From: Atractiella rhizophila
Lineage: Eukaryota
Direction of reading: 5' to 3'
Length of the DNA: 64,000 nucleotides
Assembly (NCBI GenBank): GCA_021432655.1
Contig: MU271305.1
Span: 25,654 to 89,653, forward strand
Shown here: in pieces, positions 49,351-62,702 of the stretch
Position numbering within the stretch: position 1 is the stretch's first letter
How the letters are laid out: the number at the start of each line of letters is the position of its first letter
The notes under the pieces: model-generated
Database searches by the model: none
The model's input: only the letters and a program-made list of their open reading frames with translations
Told to the model about the DNA's origin: nothing
Translations under genes and position numbers: made by a program

Positions 49351-52300
49351 ATGTCAGATCCCGCGCTCGCCAAAAACCCCACTCAGCCAGCACCTGCCCC
49401 CTCTGAAACAGCCCAACAGCGCTCATGGCACAGACCGAGTAGCCACCACGTTTCCAGCACCTCCATAGGCCAGTCGAGCATCTCCTCAACAGGTTCAGTG
49501 AGTGTTCCGTCCAGGGAAAGAGGGGACGAGGAAGACTGGGACCGTCCGCAACTGTCGGTCAACACCTCTGCACCTTACTCCCATTCCAAGGCGCCAAGGG
49601 TCGACATACCCTCTACCATCTCCGAGGGGAGAGAGGATAGCTTCATATCCATGTCTGCGACAACTCCCACACCAAAGAAAAGTCTGGACTATTCAACATT
49701 CACAACAGACGACGATCGGTTCTCTGGCGCAGAGTTCCTCAACGTCGACTCCGCTCGTCCGTCTACGTCCAACGAGAACGGTCGAGAAGGTTATTTCAGC
49801 TACTCTGCCTACTTTGGCGCTCCTTCCCCTGGAGGTATTTCCCCTAGCTCTACGGCCACCCTCTCAGCGGTCACCCCGTCAACGATCGGCGATTCTCCAG
49901 CTTTGTCCTCTACGAACGAGAGCGCGGAGATGATTGGAAGATCAGCGTTCCCCAATCCTCCTCCAAGAGCGATGAACGCGGAGGTGAAGGGAAGTCGATT
50001 GCCACCACTGAATTTACAGGGTCCATCTTCTACCAGGTTCGATGGTCCTCCACCACTAGGTTCGTAGTCCTTCTCGAAAACTGCAAACAGAGGAAACGGC
50101 TGATATATGATGGTGGGTGAAGGATCGCCACGCATTCCGCTCCCTCCTGTTCCCGTAGATGATGAAGTCGAACTCGCACCACGACCTGCACCGAATGCGT
50201 CCCAGAACACCATCACTTACACCCGGACTCCACAACAGCGCGAGCGACTGATGAACTCCGCCGCTTCGCCTTCTGCTACTCCACAGGCACAGCAGCCACC
50301 TCGGCTTCTACCTCAACCTGCACCGAATATGACTGCATCCCAGCAAAAGTCCACCCCTCCCCCTTCTTACTCGAATCCTCTTTCGAACTCCAACCTACCA
50401 CCAACCTCGACATTTGCAACTCGTGAGCTTCCAACAAGTAATTATAAGCAACAATCTACCTCCCCTCCCTCCCAATCAAACCCTCTCTCCAATCCTCCTC
50501 CCACATCAATCTTCGCATCTGCAGGACGGTCATCGACAGACACCATTCGAGGAGACGAGTTCTCCCCTCCCTCACTCCCTCGCACACTCGCTGCTCCTTC
50601 TCCCCCACCCATGCTCCCCAGCCTAGACTTCAAGGTCTCAGACGCTCCTCTTTGGAGCGACGCCTCCCCATCCACCAACGCTAACGGCAAAACCAATGCC
50701 GTATCTTCCTCTAACACTGCCACTGCCACTACCAATGGAGCACTCAAATCCCCCATCAGCGTAACCGGCACCATGTCCACCCATCCCTACGCCGCCGCCC
50801 CGCCTTCACCCTCTCCTCAACAACAACCTCAGCAACCAAAAATTATGCCGCCCGAACTGATGAGTGAGGTGGGAACTGGAGGCAGGTCGAGGAGCGGCTC
50901 AAATGCGCCAAAGCCGGCGACGGTGATGAAGGAGGCACTGGCTCGGGGCAGAAGTGGTTCGAATGCCCCTCTGCCTGGATCGGGGATGGGCGTGGGCGTG
51001 GGAAGGGATAGGAGCGGGTCTAACGCTCCTTTACCTCCCCCTGGGATAGGTATGGGCATGACGGATGGAATGGGAAGAAATAGGAGCGGGTCAAACGCAC
51101 CTTTACCTCCTCCGGGCATAGGTATGAGCATGACGGATGGAATGGGAAGGAATAGGAGCGGATCAAACGCACCTTTACCTCCGCCTGGGATCGGTATGGG
51201 GATGGTGGATGGAATGGGGAGGAATAGAAGCGGGTCAAACGCGCCGTTGCCTGGAACTATGATGGGAGTGGGAATGGTGGGAAGGGATAGAAGTGGCTCA
51301 AATGCACCGCTACCTGGAGGGGGAAAGGGTGTGATCGATGGGATGGGAAGAAATAGGAGCGGTTCGAATGCGCCGTTGCCTGGATCAGGAATGGGAGGGA
51401 TGGATGGCATGGGGAGGAATAGGAGCGGATCGAACGCCGCCGCTCGCGGTCCTCCTCCACCTCTTAACGTCCCAACTCCTAGTGTCCCGCATCCTTACGC
51501 TTTCCCCAGTCCAACAATGCCCACCTCACACGCGAACTCGAACGGATCTCAACCTCAAGAACGTTTCGTACCCACCCCTTCTACCACTGAAAGCATGAGC
51601 CCTTCAGAGACCCCGACACAGGCCAACTTTGTGGTTGGAATGGCTAAGTCCGCTCCACAGGTCGCTCCAGCGGCTAGACCGCAACAAGTGCAAAGTTCAT
51701 ACTCCCTCCCGTCTGAGAGGGAGCAATCACCTAACGCGCCGGATACGCCGACAGATACAGATGCAGGCAGCCTTGCTGGCGGTGTGGGTGGTGGAGGAGG
51801 TATGAGTAATTTCCAGTTTCCGCCTCCGAATCAAAAACCTAAAGCTACTCATACAATTCGGACTCCAGAGGAAGAGGAGGAGGAGAGGAGGAGTCAGACT
51901 CAGGAATCGCTTGTCAAGGCGCTCGAAGCAACACCACAGGTTCAACCCGTTCCCCTCCCCAACCCCTCTCCATCCACACAGCACAGTTCTTATCTCGATC
52001 CTCCCCTCACACCTAAAACGATCAAATCTTCTTCCTCTCAAAGCACCTTGGTTTCTGCCAACGCTGGGCATCCTCTTTTGAAGGAGAAGGAAGCGAAGGA
52101 AAACATCATCGCAATGGACATTCCATCTAGAGTTCCTCAGTATTATCCGGGAGTAGGGCATGGACCAACGGAAAGCTTGCAATCCCACGGGTATTCACAT
52201 TCGAGGGAATACTCGGTGGAGTCGCTGAACTCCAGAACACATTTAAGGTTCAGAGGAGCGGGACTCGGAGATGGGGATCTGACGCCAGACGTGGGAAAGG

Positions 52301-54022
52301 AGTCTTTCCCGCCAAGCTCAAACCAGCAACCTCAAGGCATCCTTCAAAACGGGAACGCGAAGACTCATCAACCCTTCCCTCCTTCGAGCCAGAATACGAA
52401 TCGGAGAAGCCTAGGTTTCAATCCGGGAACGCCGACTCCTTTCTTTTCGACAAGTCAGCAAGCGATGGGAAAGGGACTGGGAGGACACGGATACTCCCCT
52501 TCAACTCAAAGTGCACAACCTCATAATCCTAATCACTTTTTCACCCTCAGGAAAAAGGATGGAGGAAGGAGCTGGAAGCGTACCATCGCTTGTTTGGGAA
52601 TCATCGTAATCTTTATCGTCGTTGGCGTCACCGTCGGGGTCGTCGTTGGCACGAGAGGCTCAGACAGCAAGAAAGATTTTGCGCTTGAAATGACGCCGCA
52701 GAAAGGGACGGGACTGAACGGATTAGTCAATAACCAGAATAAGAAGATTGACACGACTGGTGGTGGCAAGACGGGTTATGGCAGGGTCGTTGTTTTTGGC
52801 GCCAGTTGGTGCGGTGCGTCAGCCTTGTACCCTCCGTCCACTTCTTGAACTTTGCTGATAATGGTGTGCAACATGTCAGATAACGGACATGAACGTGATT
52901 CGCAATATTCTGGTTCTCTCGCTCCCTCTCCCCCGTACAATGAAGGTCGTTGGTCGAACGGGAAGACTTGGGCTGAGTATCTGGCAGCTATCGTCGGAAC
53001 GACCGCGAAGCCTCAAGCGTCATACGAGAACTATGCATACGCTGGCGCAGTCGCGAACAACGTATGCGTCATTTCTCCTCCCTCTGTACCGAAACTGAAT
53101 CATGCCAAAACAGTCCGACATCCAGGCAAACGTTCCTGATATCCCCTCACAAGCCAACGCATTCATAGACCGCGTAAAATCTTCACCGGCGGTGTTCAAT
53201 GGAACAGATCGTGTTTTGCTCGCGGTTTGGGTTGGACTCAACTCTGTTGCCTCCGTATACTCTGAGGTCTTAGCTGGAGGTCGGGATGAAGTTGAGAAAA
53301 ACCTTGCAGCGGGGAATGAAAAGCTCGTGCAAGAAGGCGTCACCGTGCTGAACGCGATGATGAGCATTCGAGACACCTCTCCCTTCTCCGATGCAGGACA
53401 CCAACCAGTAGACCTTCTCCTCCTTCCCATCCAGCCAGGCGAGACAATGCTCCGACATAAACAGACGGCGAAGGATGCCGTGGATATGGGCTGGGAAGAG
53501 CAGGACGCTCTAGTGGTTGTCAAGAACCTAACAGATACGTATAACGACGTCCTGATGGGACAGCTACAGAGTTATAGCAATAGGAAAGAGACAAATGGGA
53601 GGTCCATTACGTGGGATGCGTCCGGGACGTGGTACGATATCATCGGCAATCCTGGTTCTGTGAGTTACATTTATTTTCGCCAGCTTTAAAACTGAAGGAA
53701 ACCGGCGAACCCAGTTTGGAATCAACAACACAAACACAGCTTGTCTTGTGAACAATTGGGCATGTCAGGATCCTCAGGACTATCTTTTCTGGGATGATTT
53801 CCATAGCCCGACGACTATTCAGTAAACAAACACAGCTTGTCTTGTGAACAATTGGGCATGTCAGGATCCTCAGGACTATCTTTTCTGGGATGATTTCCAT
53901 AGCCCGACGACTATTCAGTACGTTCCTTCCTTAAGCTATCTAAAGAATGTAGTCACTTATGCGTATGCGATGGCAGTGAGCGAATAGCACAATCGCTTCA
54001 AAGCCTCATCGCTGGCCTCTAA
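49351..54022 (+). CDS. Type II membrane SGNH/GDSL hydrolase (CE16-like) with a very long Pro/Ser-rich N-terminus
   Basis: About 1000 aa of low-complexity sequence, TM (IACLGIIVIFIVVGVTVGVVVG), then RVVVFGASWC/DNG, GRWSNGKTWAEYL, NYAYAGA, WVGLN, YLFWDDFH. Confidence 0.8.
50878..51440 (+). repeat. Coding tandem repeat, 9 x R-x-R-S-G-S-N-A(PLP)
   Basis: Seen in ORF 50107-52848; units ~19-24 aa with synonymous codon variation. Confidence 0.9.
53730..53920. repeat. Exact 95-bp tandem duplication with an extra A at 53825
   Basis: acaaacacagcttg...ctattcagta occurs at 53730-53824 and 53826-53920. Confidence 0.95.
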
Positions 54023-54777
54023 AATCACCCCTCTCTTGCAACTTCCACTCCACGCCTTTCAGCATAGCCTTTAGTAATGCAAGCATCTTCCGCTCATTCT
54101 CTTCTAGACGACAGCTTGCGGCAATGTGTACAATACCTTGAAAAGGAACAGCAGCTCTTTCTACCTCCTGACTGACCAACTTCGTATCATTCTTGATCAA
54201 ACATTGTCTCACTTCAGGAATCCTTTAGATGGTTCGGCTCCGGTTCTTGCTTCTTCGTTCGTGCTGTGCATGGACGCGCTTCTCTTGCTTGCATATATTG
54301 GACCAGATCTATGGATATTTCAGCTTGTTCACTTTGATCAGAGGTGTTTTGGATGATTGGATGTAGCATGAGAATAATTTGTTTGTGCTCATTCCGTTTT
54401 TCTTATATATATTCCATAATTTAATGCTCAATGCAACCTAGTAGTCAAGTTCGTTCAATATTGAATTGAATGGTCACGCCCTAAAGCGAGTCCTCGATGC
54501 ACAGCGAACTAAACCGGCCAAACATGAAGATCGGTGTTGTCCGACTTTCCTTCCAAGTCATTAATTCCATATTCCAGCAAGCGAGGCAGCAGTGTGAGTG
54601 TGAAAGAAGTAGACATCATCAGCAGGCAACTAGACGTTAACGTCGAAGAGAAGCATGACAGCGACAGGGATAGGCAAGCAGCCTCAACTTGATTCTGGGT
54701 ATGGCTCCTAATATTCCTATGCAGCTTCTACGAACTCTGCAGTGATGCAGGATCCAGAATTGAAAATTTCAAGCTGC

Positions 54778-55661
54778 ATGGCAGCCGCGAAGCGGATGCA
54801 AGTAGAACTAGAGCCAGTTATGAGCTGGCAGCACATTTATAAAACCATGCATGGTCAGTTACTCTTTGTCTTCATTCATGCATCAGTCGTTGACGTGTCG
54901 GCTCTGAAGACTGGTGAGACCTATCCAGTCTTCTAGAGTGCTCTTATTTGCAACTATATGTAGCACCTTAGAGAAACTAGACCGCCATCCTGCTGGTCTG
55001 TCCAGTCTGTTCAGCTGCTTTGTAGCTGACAAAGTTGGGAATTGCTACGTGACGATAGCTCAAACTATATATGAAACTGAGTTTCTCCCTCTTCTTCGAC
55101 GCGAGTACGGATCGGTGGAGCAGTTTCTCAAGCGTTCGATAACATTCTCCCCGTCACCTACTACGATTCAATCTCAATTTCGAGCTGAAGGAGCAGTAGA
55201 AGGACGCGATTTTATTATCCGTCTTAACGACTGGCCTTATAGCATTCCACGGGACGCCTTGTTGGTGATTTTGCTACTTTACGCATTACCTCGCCTCATA
55301 GTGTGTCAAGGCACTATGTGATCTGGACTCCTCATCGCCTTGCTCCTTCCCCGGACGCTTGTTCTCCGACCATTGAACAGGTTCGTCGCGTCGGCATCGC
55401 AGGATTCTCTGGATTCACAGAGGCGAGTGGAAACGTCAAGAAAGTGCCAGAGGAAGGCAAGGAGATGGCCGCAATGATCAAACGACTGTTCCCTGAGGCG
55501 ACCTGGGAAGTATGTTGGTGCGTTTCCTAGCTCTCTCTCTTGACCTGCAGTGACTAGAGCTCGGAAAAAGGTTCTGGAATCCACCCAGCTTGCAGTCTGT
55601 CCCCAACGCCGCCCATTTCCACGCTATCGTCAGACGCAAAACAGGCGATGCTGTTAATTGA
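54778..55661 (+). CDS. DUF3605 / GIG1-like (GlcNAc-induced) protein
   Basis: MSWQHI..LEKLDRHP..IRLNDWPYSIP..HYVIWT..FWNPPSLQSVPNAAHFHAIVR. Confidence 0.8.
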
Positions 55662-57184
55662 TTCGTGCGGTCAAGTAAGAAATATCATGCTCAACTGATA
55701 CTGATGTAGACAAACTGCCGAGCAAGCGTACAAGTATTTTGAACGGACTAGAAAGCAAATATAGAATGGATGACGATACGCTCGCGCCGTCTGTGATTGC
55801 ATAATTTGGAATGGCAACGTATTGGATTTGCGTCGCGCAAACTAGGAAATGTGTACTTTTGACCAAGTCGTTAGTGAGCGAAGCTCAGTGTTGAAAGCGA
55901 AGGTTCCCCGCTGGCTCTGCACGCACCATTGAAGCGGCATAAAATGTTCCTCGTTCTTCACCAAGCGGACCTTGTTCAGCCTGTTGCAACCCAACTTGTC
56001 CTTCCTCTCAGCATCAGCTCAGTTCTCAGGAACCAAGCGCGCATCATCAGGCCCCCGCTGCCTTGAAACAGCCTGATAGCGACACCAAATATCCCCAGTC
56101 GTGCCCTTCACGCTTCAGGTTGTTGGCTACTGTCTGATTAACTTTATCGTCACTCAAATGATAAGGCAAATTAAGGCAGTTTCCAGTCCAGCAAAAGGTA
56201 AATTATGTGGAAGCGTTTATTATTTATCCGCTGCTTGGTCGAATATTGTCACAGTCATGAGGCCGTCGTCGTGATGGGTCAAGGGTCAAACTCTTCGATG
56301 ATGAGAAACAGCCGCCTGTTGATAGAAATTTGAGGAGGTTCACGTTGTCATTAGGCGGATCTAAGAAGCTGGAAGGGATTGGATCCCTTGCAACGCTGAG
56401 AAGAACGAAGAGACGAGTGAAAGAAATATATCCCCGTCAATCTGAACGCAGCAAGCAGTTCTGGTGTGTATGGCGTTATGATGATACATTGATGGGCGAC
56501 CTCTGAGATAGGATAGATCATCGACAAAACGGCCGGAACACGGTTTTCGAGGCTAAAATTCGAATGATGTTAGAACAGTGTAAAGTGGAGGCGGGTAAGT
56601 TTGGCCGGTGTATAATTTCTTGTCTCCCGCTGAAGGCAGGTTTTGGATAAGTTGGATAGTTGAATAGTTGAATAGTTGTTGATCAACTCTAAAAGTATTT
56701 ATCAACGCGCCGCGCCGTTGAGCTGAAATATTTGAGCTGTTCTCGATCGGTGGTGCTCAATGAGTATCCCCATCGGGTCGTGGAAAGCGTCGCCAAAAGC
56801 GTTTGTCCTTGTTCGTCGGCGAGCTGAATCGGGGTCGACCAAAATGGCGAAAGTAGCAGCAAGCACTTATCGACATCTCCGCCTGTCTCAAATAAGTTGG
56901 AACCAAACTCCCTACAACTTTCGAGGTCGAGCTGGAGAGACACCAGAATAGCGCTGTCTTCGCAAGTAAGAGGGAATAACCCGGACGAGTAGGCTAATTG
57001 GTAGTCAAAGCATGATAGAAGGATTGGATTGTTGGAGTTACGTCCAAGTCGCCGAGCACCAATATGGTCGTGACGACACCTACTTTCGCCTGGACTTGTA
57101 TTTTGAGGGAATTTCTGGTCGGAAGAAGATCTGGATCATCAATCTGTACATCACAGCTGCACATCCAAGTGAACGGAGAGAGGG

Positions 57185-58831
57185 ATGGGTATGTGCTCTT
57201 TGCTTTCATTCAGCTGCGATTCAGTGTTATACGAGGTCATCGAACAAAGGGAGGACTTTCCGAGTGTCAGCCCTATAGATGCCTCTCACTTTCGAAGGCC
57301 ACCTCGAAGTCAAAACTCTTCTGATTTCTCAACACACTCGCTCTCGTTGTGCCTGAACCTCCTGGACGCCGCTGGCCTGTTCTGCGAAGGCGCATACAAT
57401 TTGCAAATCGCACAACCCAAATCCACCTCGAACATCCTTCTTCAAGCACAACATCGCGTCGTCACGCCGGAACCATTCGCAACTTTGGGAATCTTTAGAA
57501 GAAAGGGAGGCTTTGCAGCTTGTTCACATGGTAGATCTGTCATTGTTGGCCGAATATGGGAAGACAACGATCCTTCCAGGCGATTTTGTCCCTCGCTAGA
57601 CTACGATTGTTTGACAAAAGTCTTTGACTACCTTTCGGGCAGTAATAAGAAAAAAGCGACGCTACGCAGTTGTTTGTTAGTATCGAAGGAGTGGATGTCG
57701 GCAGCTCTACATGCCCTTCAGCATAGTCGTTATCTGGACGAGCACAACTTCCAAACGGGCCGTGATCTGCACGCTTTCATTCTCGAAAAACGAACACTCA
57801 ATCCTTCAGCATTGACGAACATCCGCACATTATCCACGGCGGGCATGGGTGACTTGAACACCCTATTCGAAACTGACCTCAAGCGATATTCCAAACTCAT
57901 AATCGGAATCGTCAAAGTACTCGAAAATCTTGGGTCGCTTGGTCTTTGGAACGTTCACGAAAAGCTGTTCCCAGAACTCGCTGTAGCGTTGGCGCAACTA
58001 CCACATTTAAAGTCGCTCAGCATATACGGACGTTCACAACACGACAAAGTCCCAAAACACATTTCTAGGTTCCCACTCACAATATACAGACTTCTTCTTC
58101 CGTGCTGGCCGCTCATTAAATCGACATATGTGAATAATCTGACGGATTCTGCTGACCAGGTTCCTAGCGACCTCGTCGCGAAGATCAAAGCATTACATCG
58201 CCAAAAGGCCCTACCAAAGTCACTTCTCGCATCAACCGTCGCCTATGGAAGCTTGACTACGCCATCGAAGATGCTTGATTTTCCTCTGGCATCGAATCTA
58301 CAAGACTTGCGATTCCACAAACTGCCTGCGCTCGAATGGGACGACCTCGCTCAGTGCCTCTACGATGTAAGAGGTAGCTTGAGCTATCTCATCGTTTTTG
58401 ACTGTCAAATCCAATTCTCCCAGCTTGAAAGTTACCATCCTGAACGGGACGACATCCTGTCACAGATTTATGGCTGCTTCCGACACCTGCGACGACTCCT
58501 AGTCCTGGGACTCGGCGGTTCTGCACTCGCCACGGATCACATTCTTCGGATCGATTTTCCACGCCTATCAGCTATTTGCCTGTCCTGGTCAGACTGCCTG
58601 ACTCCAGAAGCTCTGCTTTTCTACGCTTCATCACGATCGCCTCGATCCACAGCAACGAAACTTATAGCTTCACAGGGTTTGTATGGGGACTGGAGTGAGC
58701 ACAGTTTGATGGAGATGGATGATCTGTGTCGTGCTAACAAAATAGAGTGGTACTACAGCGAGGAGGAAGCAAGGCGATTGGATGGTGGAATGCTTCCTCT
58801 ACCTGTTTATTGGAGTGATCGGGAGGGATAA
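57185..58831 (+). CDS. F-box / LRR-like protein; upstream exons possible from ~56760
   Basis: 548-aa ORF with SLDYDCLTKVFDYL..LRSCLLVSKEW F-box motif and LRR-like segments (LPHLKSLSI, NLQDLRF, LRRLLVLGL). Confidence 0.7.
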   Translation: MGMCSLLSFSCDSVLYEVIEQREDFPSVSPIDASHFRRPPRSQNSSDFSTHSLSLCLNLLDAAGLFCEGAYNLQIAQPKSTSNILLQAQHRVVTPEPFATLGIFRRKGGFAACSHGRSVIVGRIWEDNDPSRRFCPSLDYDCLTKVFDYLSGSNKKKATLRSCLLVSKEWMSAALHALQHSRYLDEHNFQTGRDLHAFILEKRTLNPSALTNIRTLSTAGMGDLNTLFETDLKRYSKLIIGIVKVLENLGSLGLWNVHEKLFPELAVALAQLPHLKSLSIYGRSQHDKVPKHISRFPLTIYRLLLPCWPLIKSTYVNNLTDSADQVPSDLVAKIKALHRQKALPKSLLASTVAYGSLTTPSKMLDFPLASNLQDLRFHKLPALEWDDLAQCLYDVRGSLSYLIVFDCQIQFSQLESYHPERDDILSQIYGCFRHLRRLLVLGLGGSALATDHILRIDFPRLSAICLSWSDCLTPEALLFYASSRSPRSTATKLIASQGLYGDWSEHSLMEMDDLCRANKIEWYYSEEEARRLDGGMLPLPVYWSDREG

Positions 58832-59402
58832 ACGAAGGGCAACGTGTGCAAAGTTTTGGGACCCTTAAAATCCTCTGCTACTCCAATGCAATCGTGTGCC
58901 GTTTCAAGAAGGTGACAAACGTATTAATGTCAAGATCAGCAGGAAAGGATGCTTGCAACAGAGCTCGCTATGATGTATGATGTAAATGTAAAGAGAGTGA
59001 TAGCACAGTTCAGCTGCTGGACAACAGCTGATGATGTGTAACAAAGAAAGTGAATCTACAAGGAAGATCATGATCACGACTTAGAGAACAAATCGACCCA
59101 TGAAGCGAAAGGGGGTTCAATACCATGTTCAAACAAAAGCTAACCCTCATTGCACCACCCACACGGGAAGCAACACGCACCTTCAAGCCATGAAGAGCAT
59201 GCAGCACTATCCCAAGCTCCACTCACTGATCCTTACATTCAATCCAATATTTCTAAATTACTCGACTCCCACTCAGAACGCTCACTCCCTCCAATTCTTC
59301 ACTCCACTTGCTTGATGGGCGACTCCGACCGCCTTTGTTTTGGTCACCTGACCATTTCATTTGACGCGCTTCAACCATCTTGCCAATCGCGAATAACGAA
59401 AT

Positions 59403-60618
59403 ATGGTCCTACGCTCTACTACCCCCAACCGAAAGACTCGCTCTTCCGTCCCCAAACCAGCTACACCCAACGATGTCACGAAGTCTTTTGACCTCACCAT
59501 GGACTCCAGCATCAGAAAGATGAGCCTGCCACTCGGAGACACGTCGGGAAGATCTTCCTTCGGTGGGATGGGAGGAGGACGGCTTAGCAGTGCCGGTATT
59601 GGCTACGGTGGGGTTGGAGGGGAGGTGGAGGACACGGGCATGCCGTTGAGATCATATACGCTTCCAGAGAGGTTGAAAGGAGACCATGAAGATGAAGATG
59701 GCCTTTTGGCGCAAATGCACGAGGATTTGGATGTACGTCTCTGCTTTTTCTTTATTTGTGAGAGGATATTGGGTGATATTGGCGGGATGAAGGCGTTAGA
59801 GGCGCTGGAAGGTCAGATCTCCAAGACCGTCCTTGATAGAAGGAGAGAGCATGAAGCTGCCCTGGCCGAGCTTGAAGCTTTGAGGATCGACTTGGAAAGT
59901 GAGATGAAGGACTCCAAATTGAAGGGAGACGGGATGAAAGATGGTGAGTCTTCTTTGTTCATAAGACTCTAACTGACTCTCTCTTTTATGTGCAGTGTTC
60001 GCACAGGAAGCGAAGACCATTGCAACGGAGAAGGCGAAGCTTAAAGACCTCAAGTCATCGTACGACGCCAGTGTGGCACATAATGACACACTGCAGCGAG
60101 ATCTGAAAGCGTGGACGGAGAAGAAAGAGAAACTTGTTCGAGGTGCGCAGTTCACCTCCTTTCTCACTGCTATCTCATCGCAACATGCAGCAAATCTCCA
60201 AAGAGACGATGAAATTTCCCGACACTCTATTCGCAATAAGAACGAGTTCGCCTTCCTTGAACAGTACGCAGGACTAGAGATCCGTACCATAGAGCGTACA
60301 TTACAACCTTGTTTTATTGGAAGAAGCTGACATGCGAGGTATAGGCGATTGTATACGGTTTGAGTTCACCCAAATCGATCCTTCGAATCACGACCGCCGT
60401 TTCATCATCGAACTCGACTTGGGGAGCGAATATCAAAGTATATCACACACTTGTCCTCTTCAACGTGTTGCTGAGTACATATTTTAGTTCGCTCGCATTC
60501 ACCAACCCTTGCAACGATGAAAGCGAATCTGGATCAGCTGAACGATGATCGCGACTTCTACGGCTTCCTCGTCAAGTGCCGAAAACAGTGGAAGGAGAGT
60601 GCTTCCCGCAAAGTCTGA
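59403..60618 (+). CDS. SPC25: Kinetochore Ndc80-complex subunit Spc25
   Basis: Coiled coil, then FLEQYAGLEIR..IRFEFTQIDPSNHDRRFIIELDL..LNDDRDFYGFLVKCRK (RWD-like C-terminus). Confidence 0.8.
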
Positions 60619-60756
60619 TGACTCTGATCGTGATTGGATCCATGTTCTGCTACTTTCTTGTTTCGTCACTTGTTGATATTTATCTGGTTGTTCACTTGCA
60701 TCTTCTCACAATCAGTAATAAAACATGTTTGTAATTCATTGGTATGCCAACAACAT

Positions 60757-62702
60757 TTAGGATGATTTAAGAGCACGTAAACTTCTCACATAGTCCAACA
60801 GGGCTTCATCAAAACCAATACAAACACAGACTGCATAACTCAACCTTTCCTCACAATACCGCGATTCTGTGACTTTTTTTCTTTGCCAGTCCTTTTGATG
60901 ACCATCAAGAAGAACGTCTCCAAGTACATCTCTATCCCCCTCTCTGACATACCCGTGGTTGACTACCTGATATATTCCCACATATTCCCATTCTCCTGTA
61001 CCCCTCCTTACGAAAACATTCCACTTCATTTGTTTATAATGCGTCTCAAGTTTGGATAGTAACCAATGAGAAAGCAAGACGAGATGGTCCCCAGGGCGGG
61101 AAGGAAGGATATTCATCTGCTCCGTCAAAGAGAGCATTTGTTCATTCCGGCCTCGAATCAACGCATCAGTTATAGGATCGCCTCGCACACGTCGTCGCAA
61201 AATCTCCATATTCAAAATCCCACCGACGCTTCCCCTGCAACCAGCAGGAAAGCCAAGGAGTCCTCGATTGAATATCAGACGTCCACTACGCATGAAATCT
61301 GGTAAATTTTCTCGTCGAATGGGAGGACGGAGACCTGGCCAGTCGGCAACCTGATTTAAAGTAAGATGTGTGGGTCGAGTGATGGATGGATGCGTTGACA
61401 GAACTCGGAGGATTTGTGTGGTTGGGACAGATGAGTATGGAGGGGATGGAGAAAGGGTGGTCCGTTGCCAGAGTCGGGGCTTCTTCTTCGGCGATACCGA
61501 TGCATTTGCGACAAACAGCAAAGTAGGGGATCGCGCTCGGCGTTTTCCCTTGGTCGGTGAAGAATTCGAATCAACTGTGGAAGGTGTCTCATCCGAATCA
61601 GAGATACAGATACGTTCAACCCGCATTACTAACTCCTTCGTCTCCACCGGGCCATTATCCTCCTGATCAGAGTCAGGAATGACGATAACCTGAGTATTTT
61701 GAGGGCTATTGTGAGAATTAGGAACTAAATTCGATGACCCCGTTGGCGAAATGATAGGTTTCCGAGGTCTGGAAGCTGTGGACGGCGTGGTCAGGCGAAT
61801 AGACGAAGGATTTGTGGCAGGGCTACTATGAGCATTAGGGACAAAATTGGCTGACTCTGTTGGTACAATGATGCGTTTTCGAGAGCTGGAAGAAACAGGA
61901 GACGGCGTGATTGGGTGGTCGAGCGAGTGTTTTCTTTTTCTGCGAGGGCTGGTAAGAGGAGTGGGAAACATAGCAGAATTCGTCGGGGGCTCTGGAGCGG
62001 TGGACGGGCCAGGAGACGGTGTGGTCTGGCCATAGGAAGAGGGGCTTGGTCGGGTAGCATCGATGGCTGCTAGCTCGGAAGTAGGAGTCGAGGTGGACTG
62101 GCCTGATGAAGCAGCGGATGGTTGTGACTTTGCCGAGGAAGGGGACGAATGAGAAAGCTTCGTGCTTCCATGCGACGTTGGTAATCTTACAGCTTGTGAG
62201 AGTGTGGGAGCTTCGGTTTCATCTTTGGAGATGAAATCTTGCCTAACCAGACGCACTCAGCACAATCGTTCCCTTGTCTAGGAAATCACCCACACTTTCT
62301 GCAAGGCATCGTGGATGCCCAGCAACCAGCCAGTCAGCTCCACCAAGTCTTCTTTGTCTTCTCTCTCCAAACAAGCTTCTATGCACTCTAATGCAACGCT
62401 ACAAGGGGAGACTTCACGCTTGATCCCTGCCGTTGACCAGAGGCAACGACTCACCTGACTTCGATCCTCGTCCCAAAGCCTCCTCTAAAGTGGCCTCTGA
62501 CAAGGTCCTGCCACATCGCACATCCAAAGTGTTCTCTCAACGCGAGTCTCAGTGCGAGTAGCGAATGATCCTGCTCTGAGAGGAAAGCGTTCAAAGCAGA
62601 GAGGTTGGACGGGCAGCATGGGAAGAGCAGACGGGGCAGCTTGGAGATGATGGAACGACATTCGTCTACCAAAGCTGAGCTGCTGGACCCTTTAGACAGC
62701 AT
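60757..62702 (-). CDS. Ser/Pro-rich protein with a C-terminal DUF6697-like domain
   Basis: 499-aa exon with NILPSRPGDHLVLL..VFVRRGTGEWEYVGIY..CVCIGFDE; two upstream exons from ATG at 62702. Confidence 0.6.

Noticed and set aside
50829..51410. Antisense repeat ORF (GAFDPLLFLPIPS)n
   Set aside because: Shadow of the plus-strand coding repeat.
53730..53920. Duplicated catalytic exon in the SGNH hydrolase
   Set aside because: Exact 95-bp copy plus A that introduces TAA; fits an assembler k-mer overlap.
56647..56680. Short tandem (tagttgaa)-type repeat
   Set aside because: About three copies of simple intergenic sequence; not telomeric and not informative.
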